From a virus (Duplodnaviria; Caudoviricetes), in the IMG/VR virus record IMGVR_UViG_3300033073_000736, positions 19,484-83,483 of that record: a stretch of 64,000 nt of DNA; one strand, 5' to 3'. Shown here in pieces: positions 37,683 to 46,987 of the stretch. Both the position numbers and the translations under genes were made by a program. The notes under the pieces are model-generated. The model saw nothing but the letters and a program-made list of their open reading frames with translations. It was not told where the DNA came from and did no database searches. Position 1 is the first letter of the stretch; each line of letters opens with the position of its first letter.

Positions 37683-38384
37683 TTAGATTTGAGCTTCAGC
37701 AATGATGCCGACAGCAGCCATTTGAGAGTACAGAGCAGCCTTCTCGGCAGCAGTGTTGATAGACGCACCAAGCGTCAAACCTTCCTTGGCAACCAGAGCC
37801 GGGCCACGTTCCAGAATCAGAACAGTGGTGTCAGTGGTGGCGGCAACAGAGGTGTCAATACCCAAACCGTTAGAAGCACCGATGTAGATGCCAGCGAAAG
37901 CGGCAGAGCCATCCGAAGCAGTGTTTTCCAGAATCTTGTACTTTTCAGTACCAGTCACAGTGATAACGAAAGTATCACCAACGATAAAGTCGGTAGAACC
38001 GTCAGCAAGCGTGAAGGCCAGACCAGCGCCAACGAAAGCCGAAGCCACATTACCAGTGCCGACAACAGAGCCATTGGCATTCAGCATTTCAAAGGCACCA
38101 GCGTTGCTGGAAGCAACAGTGATACGCAGAACGTATTGACCAATCTTGGCATGGGACGAGACAGTGATGCTACCCATCGTGCCGTTACCAGTGTTGGAAG
38201 CACCTGCCACAGCAGCAGCAGAGCCGCTAACCAGCGTCTTACCCAGAACAGTACCGGGGGTGTAGGTTTTAGCACCAGCTTCATAAGCGGTAACAGCCTT
38301 ACGGCAGAAGCCCATTTCGCGTTCAAATTCGTACTTCAGGACATTGCCCAAGCGTGCGGTTCCAGTGGCAATCAAAGCAGCCAT
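37683..38384 (-). CDS. head decoration protein with inserted beta domain
   Basis: Directly upstream of capsid gene; GTVLGK...GIY; insertion NTGNGT...FT.ADG.TDF.VGD.F.ITV. Confidence 0.8.
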   Translation of the reverse strand: MAALIATGTARLGNVLKYEFEREMGFCRKAVTAYEAGAKTYTPGTVLGKTLVSGSAAAVAGASNTGNGTMGSITVSSHAKIGQYVLRITVASSNAGAFEMLNANGSVVGTGNVASAFVGAGLAFTLADGSTDFIVGDTFVITVTGTEKYKILENTASDGSAAFAGIYIGASNGLGIDTSVAATTDTTVLILERGPALVAKEGLTLGASINTAAEKAALYSQMAAVGIIAEAQI

Positions 38385-38411
38385 GTAGTTTCTCCTTGTG
38401 TGTTATTGTAA

Positions 38412-38885
38412 TTACTGCTTCTTAGCAGCATACTTGGCCTTGATAATGGCCGCAGTTTTATCTTCATCAACCGGATCAGCATTGCTACCAGCGAATCCCT
38501 TTTCGGCAAAAGCCTTATCTTCCAGTTCAACCTTTGCTTGCAGCGTAGACAGAACAGTGGCGAAAGCATTGTCATCCAGAGCAGCCAGCGACACGTGCAG
38601 GGCAGCAGCCTGTTCCTTGTCTGTTACAGCTTCCAGAGCAGCCAGACGCTTGTTAGAGGCGGCTTGAGCGGCTTCGGCTTGCATCTGCACCACCTTAGCC
38701 TGAGCGGCTTCAAAAGCGGCTTGCATTTCGTTAGCCTTGGCTTGTGCAGCCTCAAAGGCAGTGTTCATATCAGCCAGAGCAGCAGTAATTTCCACCACTT
38801 TAGCCTCGCTTGCTTCAAGGCTGGCCTGAACAGCTTGCACCGTTTCGTCAGCATTGAGTTGAACGTCTTGTACGTCAACAGTCAT
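38412..38885 (-). CDS. nested scaffold protein (internal start)
   Basis: Internal GGAG RBS then ATG 38885 (MTVDVQ...), analogous to lambda C/Nu3. Confidence 0.6.
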   Translation of the reverse strand: MTVDVQDVQLNADETVQAVQASLEASEAKVVEITAALADMNTAFEAAQAKANEMQAAFEAAQAKVVQMQAEAAQAASNKRLAALEAVTDKEQAAALHVSLAALDDNAFATVLSTLQAKVELEDKAFAEKGFAGSNADPVDEDKTAAIIKAKYAAKKQ

Positions 38886-39761
38886 TTTCTTTTTATCTCC
38901 TTGTGGAATGAAAGAGAATCGCATAGGTTTCTCCACTAAGTCAGCCAGATAATTGCCAAACTCCTCTCGTGTCATTGCCTTATCAGCAAAACCAATTTTG
39001 ATAGCGTCTTGTGCCATCAACACTTTAGCCTGAGTGGATTTAACAACCCCTACATCAATTCCTCTCATATCCGCAACATATTGTGTGAATTGCTGATAAA
39101 GGGAATCAACTTTATATTGAATGTCGGCCAGAAACTCTTCACGCCAGTCGCCATTCTCATTGAACGGAATCTTACTATCACCAGCATAGATATAAGTGTC
39201 TTCAACACCTGCATTCTGCATGGCTTTATTAATGTTCCGCAGTTTTACAACAACACCAACACTACCCAACTCTCCGTCTGGGTTAGTGATAATTTCATGG
39301 GCAGCACAAGAAAGACCATATGCAGCAGAAGCACTCAATCCATCTACATATGCAATCAGTTTAATACCTTTTGCATCCGCCTTCTTACGCAATGAGATAC
39401 CTGTTTCCATCATCCCGTAAGCCTCTCCCCCCGGACTGTCAACATCCATAACAATTGTCTTTGCACCCATTGCACAAAGTTTGTCAAAGTCATCAACAAT
39501 CTGTTGGTAAGAGCTATTTTGTTCACCGCACATTGCTTCGTATTCGATATACGTCAGTGGGCCACTAACCGGAATAACACCAATCTGTGTTTCAGCAACA
39601 TACTGAACAACACGCTCGGATGGCTTCTTCTCCAATTCAACAGCCAAAGCAACTTGATTATTACGGTCATCCAGATATGTAAACACTCGCTCAAGAGATG
39701 CTGGAAGCATCAAATGAGGGGTGTTGTACAACTTGTTTGTCAAGCGTATCAACTTCCCCAT
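38412..39761 (-). CDS. prohead protease (S49) fused to scaffold
   Basis: MDVDSPGG, SASAAY.L, GSVGV, YAG..K; Ala/Gln coiled-coil C-terminus. Confidence 0.9.
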   Translation of the reverse strand: MGKLIRLTNKLYNTPHLMLPASLERVFTYLDDRNNQVALAVELEKKPSERVVQYVAETQIGVIPVSGPLTYIEYEAMCGEQNSSYQQIVDDFDKLCAMGAKTIVMDVDSPGGEAYGMMETGISLRKKADAKGIKLIAYVDGLSASAAYGLSCAAHEIITNPDGELGSVGVVVKLRNINKAMQNAGVEDTYIYAGDSKIPFNENGDWREEFLADIQYKVDSLYQQFTQYVADMRGIDVGVVKSTQAKVLMAQDAIKIGFADKAMTREEFGNYLADLVEKPMRFSFIPQGDKKKMTVDVQDVQLNADETVQAVQASLEASEAKVVEITAALADMNTAFEAAQAKANEMQAAFEAAQAKVVQMQAEAAQAASNKRLAALEAVTDKEQAAALHVSLAALDDNAFATVLSTLQAKVELEDKAFAEKGFAGSNADPVDEDKTAAIIKAKYAAKKQ

Positions 39762-39786
39762 TCTTCTATTCTCCTTTATTTCATCT

Positions 39787-41268
39787 CTATCCGTTATTGT
39801 CTGGATTCATTGCACTGTTATCATCTTCAGCAACTTGTGTTGAAGTACCGTTTCCAGTTCCGGTATTCATACCGTCGCCACTTCTTGATGTAGGCTTGCC
39901 AAGCAGAACATTCAGTTCTTCTTGATTCATGCTTTCATCCACTTCATCCGGTAAGTCCAGAATCTCAGCAATGTGATTAACATTCTTAGCAGTGGGGGCA
40001 ATTAGTCCAACAGCCTTGATACGCTGAATGGCCTTACTGTAGGCTTCAAGGTCAATCTCATCCAAATCCCCATAAACGAACTTAGGCATCTTTTCATCGC
40101 GCCATCCATTCATCTTGTAAATCCAAGGAATGAGGTCATTGTTGAGAACGTCTTGAATCTCTTTCAGTCGTGCTTCAATCCCCATTGCCAACATGTTTGT
40201 TTTGCTGTCGGAAAGGGCATAACTACCAGTGGCGTCTTGTCCAAGCTTGAGGACATCAGCAAAAAGAGCCGTAAGTATCTTGTTGTCCCAACGTTGGATA
40301 GCTTCGCTGATATACTGAGATGTAGTGTTGTTGACAGAAAGAAGTTCAAAATCGAACATCTTGTTCCTTCCTTCGTCATACATGAGCGGCATTACAATAC
40401 CTGTTTGCTCATTCATTTGAAGGTTGCGAACCATATTCTTATAGAACGCATAAACTGCCTTGTCAGCCTCACTGGCATCGTCTGCCATATACTTCGGATG
40501 CAGCCAGACAATCGGAACACCGTTAATGTTCTTACTGTAGCCAACTGCTTCAATCTCTTCCAATTCCTTACGGAAGCGGTAAGCAATGTAGCAATTACTC
40601 AGTGGCGATGTCCCTTCCGGGTTGTCCTTGGTGGCGTCAGCCCTGAACAACATAAACCTGTCACGGGGGATGAAGATTGGACTCCCGCTATCAATATAGC
40701 GAACATACCCGTCAGTGTTAGTTACTGTCTGTTCCAAACCAATCAAATCTCGTCCATCCTCACTAAACACCCATTTGGTAATAGTGTCTTGTGCGCGAGG
40801 AGCCAGTTTACGCAGACCAACAAATCCATCATTGTATTTGCTGCCATTGGCATATCTGCGCCTACGCGGAACTTTCTCAATAACAGAATGACCGAATGTC
40901 AGATATGTCAAGCACTCTTTGATGAACTGGAACCAACTCCCTTCCATGTCGTGCATGACTGATTCAATGTATTCAGCCCTGAGCTTTTGTTGGTCAGTGG
41001 CATCATCACATTCTTCAACATCCCACTCAACACGGCTAATCATCAACTCATAAGCTTTTAGAGCGGCAGAGATGGTGGTGTCTTTACGCATTTCTTTGTA
41101 AGTGCGGATATTGTCGGGCCAACGCAATTCTCTACGTGCCTCTTCATAGACAATCCCGCTACTCACTTTCAAGCCGCTATACCCAATCTCAGTCATTTTC
41201 ATGCGAGGGATGGGGGAGCCATCAGAAGTTAGCTGACTGAAATCTTCTTCATTTTCCATTTCAGCCAT
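39787..41268 (-). CDS. portal protein (DUF935-like)
   Basis: LAPR.QDTI..W, NP.G.SPL...Y; between terL and protease. Confidence 0.9.
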   Translation of the reverse strand: MAEMENEEDFSQLTSDGSPIPRMKMTEIGYSGLKVSSGIVYEEARRELRWPDNIRTYKEMRKDTTISAALKAYELMISRVEWDVEECDDATDQQKLRAEYIESVMHDMEGSWFQFIKECLTYLTFGHSVIEKVPRRRRYANGSKYNDGFVGLRKLAPRAQDTITKWVFSEDGRDLIGLEQTVTNTDGYVRYIDSGSPIFIPRDRFMLFRADATKDNPEGTSPLSNCYIAYRFRKELEEIEAVGYSKNINGVPIVWLHPKYMADDASEADKAVYAFYKNMVRNLQMNEQTGIVMPLMYDEGRNKMFDFELLSVNNTTSQYISEAIQRWDNKILTALFADVLKLGQDATGSYALSDSKTNMLAMGIEARLKEIQDVLNNDLIPWIYKMNGWRDEKMPKFVYGDLDEIDLEAYSKAIQRIKAVGLIAPTAKNVNHIAEILDLPDEVDESMNQEELNVLLGKPTSRSGDGMNTGTGNGTSTQVAEDDNSAMNPDNNG

Positions 41269-41308
41269 CGGCTGTTCTCCTGTTAAATGTTAATGTGTTC
41301 ATAAGCCG

Positions 41309-43463
41309 CTACGCGAAATTGAAGCGGCTTACACCGGACATATCGGGAGGGGTGAATGTTGGGATGGAAATGCCAGATGCAAGAGCAGAGAACCCATCCC
41401 CGCATGTATCGACGATATCATCGTGAACTCTCCTGCTTCCGTCAAAACTTTCTAGTTCCTGTATAAACTCATCATTCCATTCCCCGACAACGAGTTTTAC
41501 GTTTCCGCTTTCACAAGCCGCGCAGAACGGAGCAAACCGTTGTACTTTGGATTTTGACGTATGTTTTGACTTGGCGTAGAATCCATGCTCTGCTAGATCG
41601 CGTACAAGAGTGGAAGCATATTGTTTACCAGCACTTCCTGGATCCTGCGGGACAACGATTAGTACGTCATCCCCATCCTTTTTAGCGGTTTCCACCATCC
41701 TTTGAAACACTTCACCATGCCTAGCCCGAAACCGCACTACGTCTTCCACATAGTACGTTCCGTACTTATCCTTGGAAATCAACGTTCCTACAGTGTAGTC
41801 AGGATTAGGCATCAAGTCAGAAGGAAGGGAACCACTAATGTCCCATGCTCTTACTTTCTTAACCACATTTAGTGGGGGTATAGGTACTATTTCACACCAC
41901 TCTTTTTTCCAATACCCTGTGGATTCAAGTTCAGCATCCCAGCATCCATGCAAATATTTGGCTTGTTCAACCTTCCCCATCGCCAGCAAATTACCAATAT
42001 ACTCTGGTTGTGCTTCCATCAAAGACGGGTTGTCGTAAACGTTGGCAGAAATAAACACTACAGATGTGGGAATACACTCACTAGGATTGGAATACGACTT
42101 ACTGTGTTCAGCAATCAATTCCTCTGCTGTGTCCGCCCAATACATCTTACCAGCGAGTGGCAGATAATATCTTTTTACACCGTCTCTGTCTTTACGAGGA
42201 AATCCTTCATCATCTAGCCAATAATCAATCCACTTTCTGAGGAAAGATTTCTTTTCAGGGTTGCAAGTAAGCATCATTCTTGGTCTTACTTGAGGACACT
42301 TAGGATTACGGTTACGACCGCGAAGGTATGTTACCTGAGTTTCAGTGTACTGTTGTGCTTCGTCTACAAGAATCAAGTTAGCTTGCAAACCCTGGAAGTT
42401 ATCCTTGTCTTTTTCGTATTCAAAATGTTGCAGGGCAATTAGCGCCCCGCTGGAAAACTTGAACATCTTGGTTTGAGAGTTGTACCTTACTTTCGGATCA
42501 ACCTTCTTGAACAAGTCCATTGCTGTGTCTAGTACACCGCCAACACCTGTAAGTTGTGGGGTGGTTCTTCGGGTAATCACTCCGCGAAAGGTCGGGATAT
42601 GGACGTACTGAAGGAACTTCATAATTCCTAAGTATGTCTTGCCCGCGCCCATTGCCATATCTGTTTTAGGGGCGCTACACCCTTTCCACCGTTTCCGGTG
42701 TTGTCGGACTATATCTTCATACCGTCAGGTATGCCCCCCATTTCGATGTCGCTTGACACCTACTGGCCTACACTCATCGGCCATAGTCTCTGCACGTTTT
42801 TGACTTGAACCCAATTAAACTACTCTATTCCTCTCTTATTAAGCACTCTTGCTTGTTCATGTAAGCTGTCACGTATACAATCCCTTTCATGCTTATTAAG
42901 AATATCTTCTTTCATAGGGTATGAAAGACAAACTTTCATAATTGGTAACTTTATCTTAGAAAATTTGAATATGTTATTAATCAAATCCTTAGTGTCTTTA
43001 GCCCCAAGATTAAAAGACCACGCTGGTTTTCTATTTCCAGTTTGTGTCTTTTTACTTATGCTTCCAACTCCAAGCAAATCTTTAATATAAATTAAGACTT
43101 CTTCATTTGTACTGGCTACCTCACTTGTCATTGAGTAACCAACATACCGATAATCATTAACTGTGTGCCATCTTTTATTGACTTCAAAAGAACCTTCTCC
43201 GTCATAAAATCCTGCTAGATAAGCCTTATCGGTTTCTGATAATTTATTCATATTGAATCCTCTTTTGATTAAGGATTCAAGTCAAACTTCGCTCAGGATT
43301 ACCCTCGCCTTTACGTTAGGGTTTCCCTGAATTAGAGGGGTTTCGTTTTACTAAACGGAGGCGCTTATTCACCACCAAAAATTGTTATGTCTGCATCCGA
43401 AGAGATGAACATTTCTTGCTTCAAACTCTTCGGGCCGATTATCTCTTTCTTTTTAGCTGTCAT
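41309..43463 (-). CDS. terL: terminase large subunit, spliced (exons 43463-43371 and 42655-41309; ~479 aa)
   Basis: Splicing restores Walker A FGG|AMGAGKT; LILVDEA, LTCNP, RAWDIS, DPG.AGK, HDD.VD. Confidence 0.93.
42656..43370 (-). mobile_element. group I intron (IA2-like) in terL
   Basis: P AATTCAGGGAA, Q AATCCTGAGC, P6 TTTGACTTGAA/TTCAAGTCAAA, R GCAGAGACTA, P7.1/7.2, P8 CATACC/GGTATG, S AAGATATAGTCC, P9 GAAA loop, terminal G 42656. Confidence 0.93.
42820..43251 (-). CDS. intron-encoded single-motif LAGLIDADG homing endonuclease (in L6)
   Basis: AYLAGFYDGEGS; ASTNEEVL..I...LGVG.I. Confidence 0.88.
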   Translation of the reverse strand: MNKLSETDKAYLAGFYDGEGSFEVNKRWHTVNDYRYVGYSMTSEVASTNEEVLIYIKDLLGVGSISKKTQTGNRKPAWSFNLGAKDTKDLINNIFKFSKIKLPIMKVCLSYPMKEDILNKHERDCIRDSLHEQARVLNKRGIE

Positions 43464-44241
43464 CTTCAGATTGCTCTTGTTTAATGTCGTCATAGGTCTT
43501 GAAGTTATAGTCAAAAGAGATGTCCTTATAGAACTTCCTATTACGAATATTCCCTACCAACTTCCTATCTACATTCAGTTCACGGGCTATTTGCAAAATA
43601 CCTTTACCGCTTTGCAGTTCTTCGCAAATCTGAATAATCTTTTCCACAGATGTATTTGTCTTCTTTTTTAATATAGAAAAATCATACATTGTTGAAATGT
43701 ACTTCCATTGTTCTTTCTGATTGTCCTTCAGGTGTTGAATGAATCTACGGTCTATACCTGTCATTCTGGACACATCGCAAACACGGTATCCGTCTTGCAT
43801 CATTTGACAAACTTTGTGGACATCGTCTTCCGTGACATCTCGGTAACCTGTGTTCTTAGTCCAGTCATGGATCACTTCTGATGCTAATGGTACAAGATTC
43901 TTATCTGTCAGAAAAGTAGGCTTTCGCAACCCGTTCACATTCGCATGTATTGTGTTTTCTTGTGGGGTTGCCCATTCCAAATTACTAATTGCATTATTAG
44001 TTTTACAACCATCTATATGATTGACCTGCACTTTGTTTTCAGGGTTTGGAATGAATGCCGTCGCGATTAGGCGGTGTACCCTTGTATTCATCCACACAAC
44101 GCCACTATCATCTGTAGGGCAGATGCAATGATACCCATCTAATAGCCATCCACGAAGGAATCTATTACTTTTCAAACTGAAAACCTTACCACACTCTGTA
44201 ACGCAGTAGGAACTCAAACCAATATGACCCATGTTTCGCAT
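43453..44241 (-). mobile_element. free-standing HNH homing endonuclease
   Basis: VHRLIA.AFIPNP....VNHIDG.K.NN..SNLEW.T..EN..HA; stop overlaps terL start. Confidence 0.88.
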
Positions 44242-44399
44242 TTTGTTTCTCCGTACTTTATTCAGGAAGTTAAAATATAAGAAGCGGAAGAGTGTGTGCA
44301 GAATCACACCTTTTCGGGGGCCATCCTATCCGCTAATTTATTTACACAATTAATTAATTGTGTTTAGATTGTGGCATGTATTCATGCTTCCATAAATAC

Positions 44400-44427
44400 A
44401 GAATAACACCACTTCTCTATTTGTCAA
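44400..44427 (-). promoter_or_regulatory. possible sigma70 promoter for HNH/terL
   Basis: TTGACA-16-TATTCT. Confidence 0.45.
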
Positions 44428-44449
44428 TACCTTAATACGACTACTTGTA

Positions 44450-44818
44450 TTATTCGTCCCCGACAATTTTCAAACTGAAAACAGCGCCACCAGATTCTCC
44501 CCCGTCATCATCAGGAATATCCTTGCCACCAGTTTCTTGCTTCAGTTTCTCAAGCGTGTATTTCATCATTGTCTGACGATCAACTTCTTTCATTGTAGAT
44601 GTCAGTGTGGCAACAATCCATTGACCAGCTTTGACACGTTCACGCATACTTTCTTCTTCGTCACGCATCAGCTTGATAATCAAGTCAATGGCTTCGTCGG
44701 CTGCTGGAGCCAATTTACGCACGATGCGGGTACTATCCGCCTTACCGAAGGGTTTATCCTTGTGAGAAGGACGCCCGCCCTTCTTAGGCTGTTCAGAAGC
44801 GTTTAATACTGCTTCCAT
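44450..44818 (-). CDS. putative terminase small subunit
   Basis: N-terminal GGRP, helical body, upstream of terL. Confidence 0.5.
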   Translation of the reverse strand: MEAVLNASEQPKKGGRPSHKDKPFGKADSTRIVRKLAPAADEAIDLIIKLMRDEEESMRERVKAGQWIVATLTSTMKEVDRQTMMKYTLEKLKQETGGKDIPDDDGGESGGAVFSLKIVGDE

Positions 44819-44900
44819 AGTCTTTCTCCTATGTTATTGTATGTTCGCCACCTGCCCTTTCACTTTCAGTAGGCGATAGCTCACCTTCACTGCAAGATTG

Positions 44901-45140
44901 TTAGCAGAGGCATAAATGATTCGTGGACAAATGTCTGTACGCTCTGGTATTTTGGCTAGTGTATGGGCTGGCAATAGGGACAATCATGTTTCTTGAGATG
45001 TTTGTCAATTCTGTATTCTTTTGAACAGAAGATGTGTTAATACTGCCATCTGAATTGACAGACATTTGAATTGTCTGGTCATCCTTATCTCGGATAATCG
45101 ACATTTGATGTTCCAAGCGGAGATTTTCAGCCAATGACAT
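44901..45140 (-). CDS. hypothetical protein
   Basis: AGGAG/AAGG RBS. Confidence 0.5.
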   Translation of the reverse strand: MSLAENLRLEHQMSIIRDKDDQTIQMSVNSDGSINTSSVQKNTELTNISRNMIVPIASPYTSQNTRAYRHLSTNHLCLC

Positions 45141-45191
45141 ACCTTTCTCCTTCTCTCCTTGGAATATAATTATTTTTATAAATAAATTAGA

Positions 45192-45267
45192 TGGAGCCTT
45201 TGTCGGGATTCAAACCCAACCCTTCGGACTACAAAACCGAAATGCTAATCACTGACACCACAAAGGC
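45192..45267 (-). tRNA. tRNA-Thr(UGU)
   Basis: 76-nt cloverleaf: GCCTTTG/CAAAGGC acceptor, loop TT-TGT-AG, T-arm TTGGG-TTTGAAT-CCCGA, encoded CCA. Confidence 0.88.
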
Positions 45268-45269
45268 TT

Positions 45270-45745
45270 GGTCGCCTATTGAAAGCCCGGCGGAAGGACT
45301 TTGCCCGAACATCTTTGTACACAATGGTTATTCCTTTCAGGACGGTACGTGAGCAAATAGGAATTTAAATAAAGTGTGCTGCGCTCAACCGTTGCTTCCG
45401 GCTGTTCCATGTCGATGCTACACTCAATGTAGTGCACGCAGCAAATAAGAATGTGTATTGCGACCGGAATCATCCAATCCATTAACCAACACACATTAAA
45501 CGCAAGCCATTCTTCTCATGTTCTTGTATGGCTTGGCCTAGGAGGTTTACAAGGCACACCTAGGTCTTGAGGCTGGTTCTCCCACGAACCGTAACTTTTG
45601 ATTAAAGTGAGTTCAGCTTCTCACCGGGATACAACACGGAAGCCCCTATCCAGAACTAGGAAGGAAAATTACGGCCCCGGAATTGTAGCACCCTCTTACA
45701 ACCATCATCAATGAATATTACATTACAACAAAAGAGGATGCCTAC
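45270..45745 (-). ncRNA. candidate large structured ncRNA of unknown family
   Basis: Promoter upstream, no credible ORF, many 7-11 bp stems plus one long-range 10-bp pairing; abuts tRNA. Confidence 0.6.
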
Positions 45746-45751
45746 ACAATC

Positions 45752-45779
45752 AACATACCATAAATTTCTACAATGTCAA
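45752..45779 (-). promoter_or_regulatory. sigma70 promoter (extended -10) for ncRNA/tRNA
   Basis: TTGACA-16-TATGTT with TGn. Confidence 0.65.
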
Positions 45780-45784
45780 GACCA

Positions 45785-45988
45785 TTACTCGTCATATTTT
45801 GTAAAATTCCAGTAATACTTACCAAAGAAAGGGTCTTCAGTCAAGTGCTGCAACTGATATTCATGCCAATCTTTAGGACGTAAAGCAGCATCAACACAGA
45901 TGTTACACATGTCATTCCAGCTTCCATCGGGAAGCCTCTTAGCCATCTCTCCAGCCATCAAGATGCGATCACAACAAACACATCGCAT
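45785..45988 (-). CDS. small Zn-binding protein
   Basis: CVCCD...CNIC; GGAG RBS. Confidence 0.6.
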   Translation of the reverse strand: MRCVCCDRILMAGEMAKRLPDGSWNDMCNICVDAALRPKDWHEYQLQHLTEDPFFGKYYWNFTKYDE

Positions 45989-46010
45989 AATTTATTTCTC
46001 CATTTAATTA

Positions 46011-46286
46011 TTATTGTTTTTCAGACAACTTCCTATATGTTTCAACAATCTTTTCAAGCGATGTTGAATACTGAATCAGTTGCTCTATCGTAACACGATA
46101 CCCTCTCACTACCTCGCCATCACTGCTTGTCACATCCAGCTTTGATGTTTCCAGAATTGGTCTAGCCAATGCTGGTGGTGTAGGGATAGTTGCACTAACA
46201 TATACTGGCTTGCATGTAGAACAAGCACTAACAATTGTGGCAATGCCGATAGCACAGCCCATACGGAATACAGAAAATCCATTCAT
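46011..46286 (-). CDS. o-spanin (Rz1-like lipoprotein)
   Basis: Lipobox IVSA|C, Pro-rich segment; AGGAG RBS. Confidence 0.75.
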   Translation of the reverse strand: MNGFSVFRMGCAIGIATIVSACSTCKPVYVSATIPTPPALARPILETSKLDVTSSDGEVVRGYRVTIEQLIQYSTSLEKIVETYRKLSEKQ

Positions 46287-46636
46287 TTTATCTCCTCTTC
46301 CCAAAATATTGTAATACGGTTGTCACACCACTTTTGATTCCTTAGTCTTGAAAGGATATAGAGATGTGTCATTGTGGGTAAGGCGGTAGCCAATCGTCGC
46401 TCAATGTAGCATGTTGAGATTTCAGAGGAACAAAGTCTTTCAATAACCGCCTGATGTGTGTCTAAACCTGCCAACACTTCAAGTCTTGAACCTCTGTCCT
46501 CTGTCACGCAACCTAGCAACTTCTCTTTGCAATTCTGACTGCATATCACAAGCACAACCCCACCTTTCCGCATCAGACTGCTGTTAATATCTTTAACGAT
46601 ATTTCCAACATCCCTCACAACTAAACTGTATGCCAT
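46283..46636 (-). CDS. hypothetical protein between the spanin genes
   Basis: 117-aa coupled ORF. Confidence 0.55.
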   Translation of the reverse strand: MAYSLVVRDVGNIVKDINSSLMRKGGVVLVICSQNCKEKLLGCVTEDRGSRLEVLAGLDTHQAVIERLCSSEISTCYIERRLATALPTMTHLYILSRLRNQKWCDNRITIFWEEEIK

Positions 46637-46642
46637 TACCTA

Positions 46643-46987
46643 TCACTCAAAACCAATACCAGAAGCCTCTTGCTTCAGATATATCATACTGTCGCTACAA
46701 CCGCTTGGAAGGGGCTTAGAAAGCATCTTCTGCACCTTGGTAGTGTCTTGGTACTGCTTCGCTTCCAACTCGTCTTTAAGGGTGCTTATAGAGCGTTCTT
46801 GCTCTGCTGTCCTTGCAGCAATACCATCCAACACAGATTGTTGTTGCTTTATGTTTTCTGTAAGGCGAATTGCATCTTGTTTTAAATTATCGTTCTGCTT
46901 TAGTACATAGGCATAGTGCAGCACCAAACAAATCAAAACAATGTAAGGAAGGACATTAAAAATACGTTTAAGCATCAACCAATTCAT
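46643..46987 (-). CDS. i-spanin (Rz-like)
   Basis: N-terminal TM then coiled coil, C-terminal Cys. Confidence 0.72.
   Translation of the reverse strand: MNWLMLKRIFNVLPYIVLICLVLHYAYVLKQNDNLKQDAIRLTENIKQQQSVLDGIAARTAEQERSISTLKDELEAKQYQDTTKVQKMLSKPLPSGCSDSMIYLKQEASGIGFE

Noticed and set aside
42656-42658. ATG as the terL start
   Set aside because: Its G is the intron terminal G; starting here would lose the first half of the Walker A, which the upstream 31-codon exon supplies
45276-45494. 72-aa - strand ORF inside the structured region
   Set aside because: No RBS, TTG start, and the sequence is better explained by base pairing
45270-45680. tmRNA (GGGGCCG start, CCGCC..GCT near 3' end), RNase P or group I ribozyme
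   Set aside because: No T-loop/CCA acceptor end, no convincing tag frame, no P4 pair in the right order, no GACUA/UAGUC P7; kept as an unknown ncRNA
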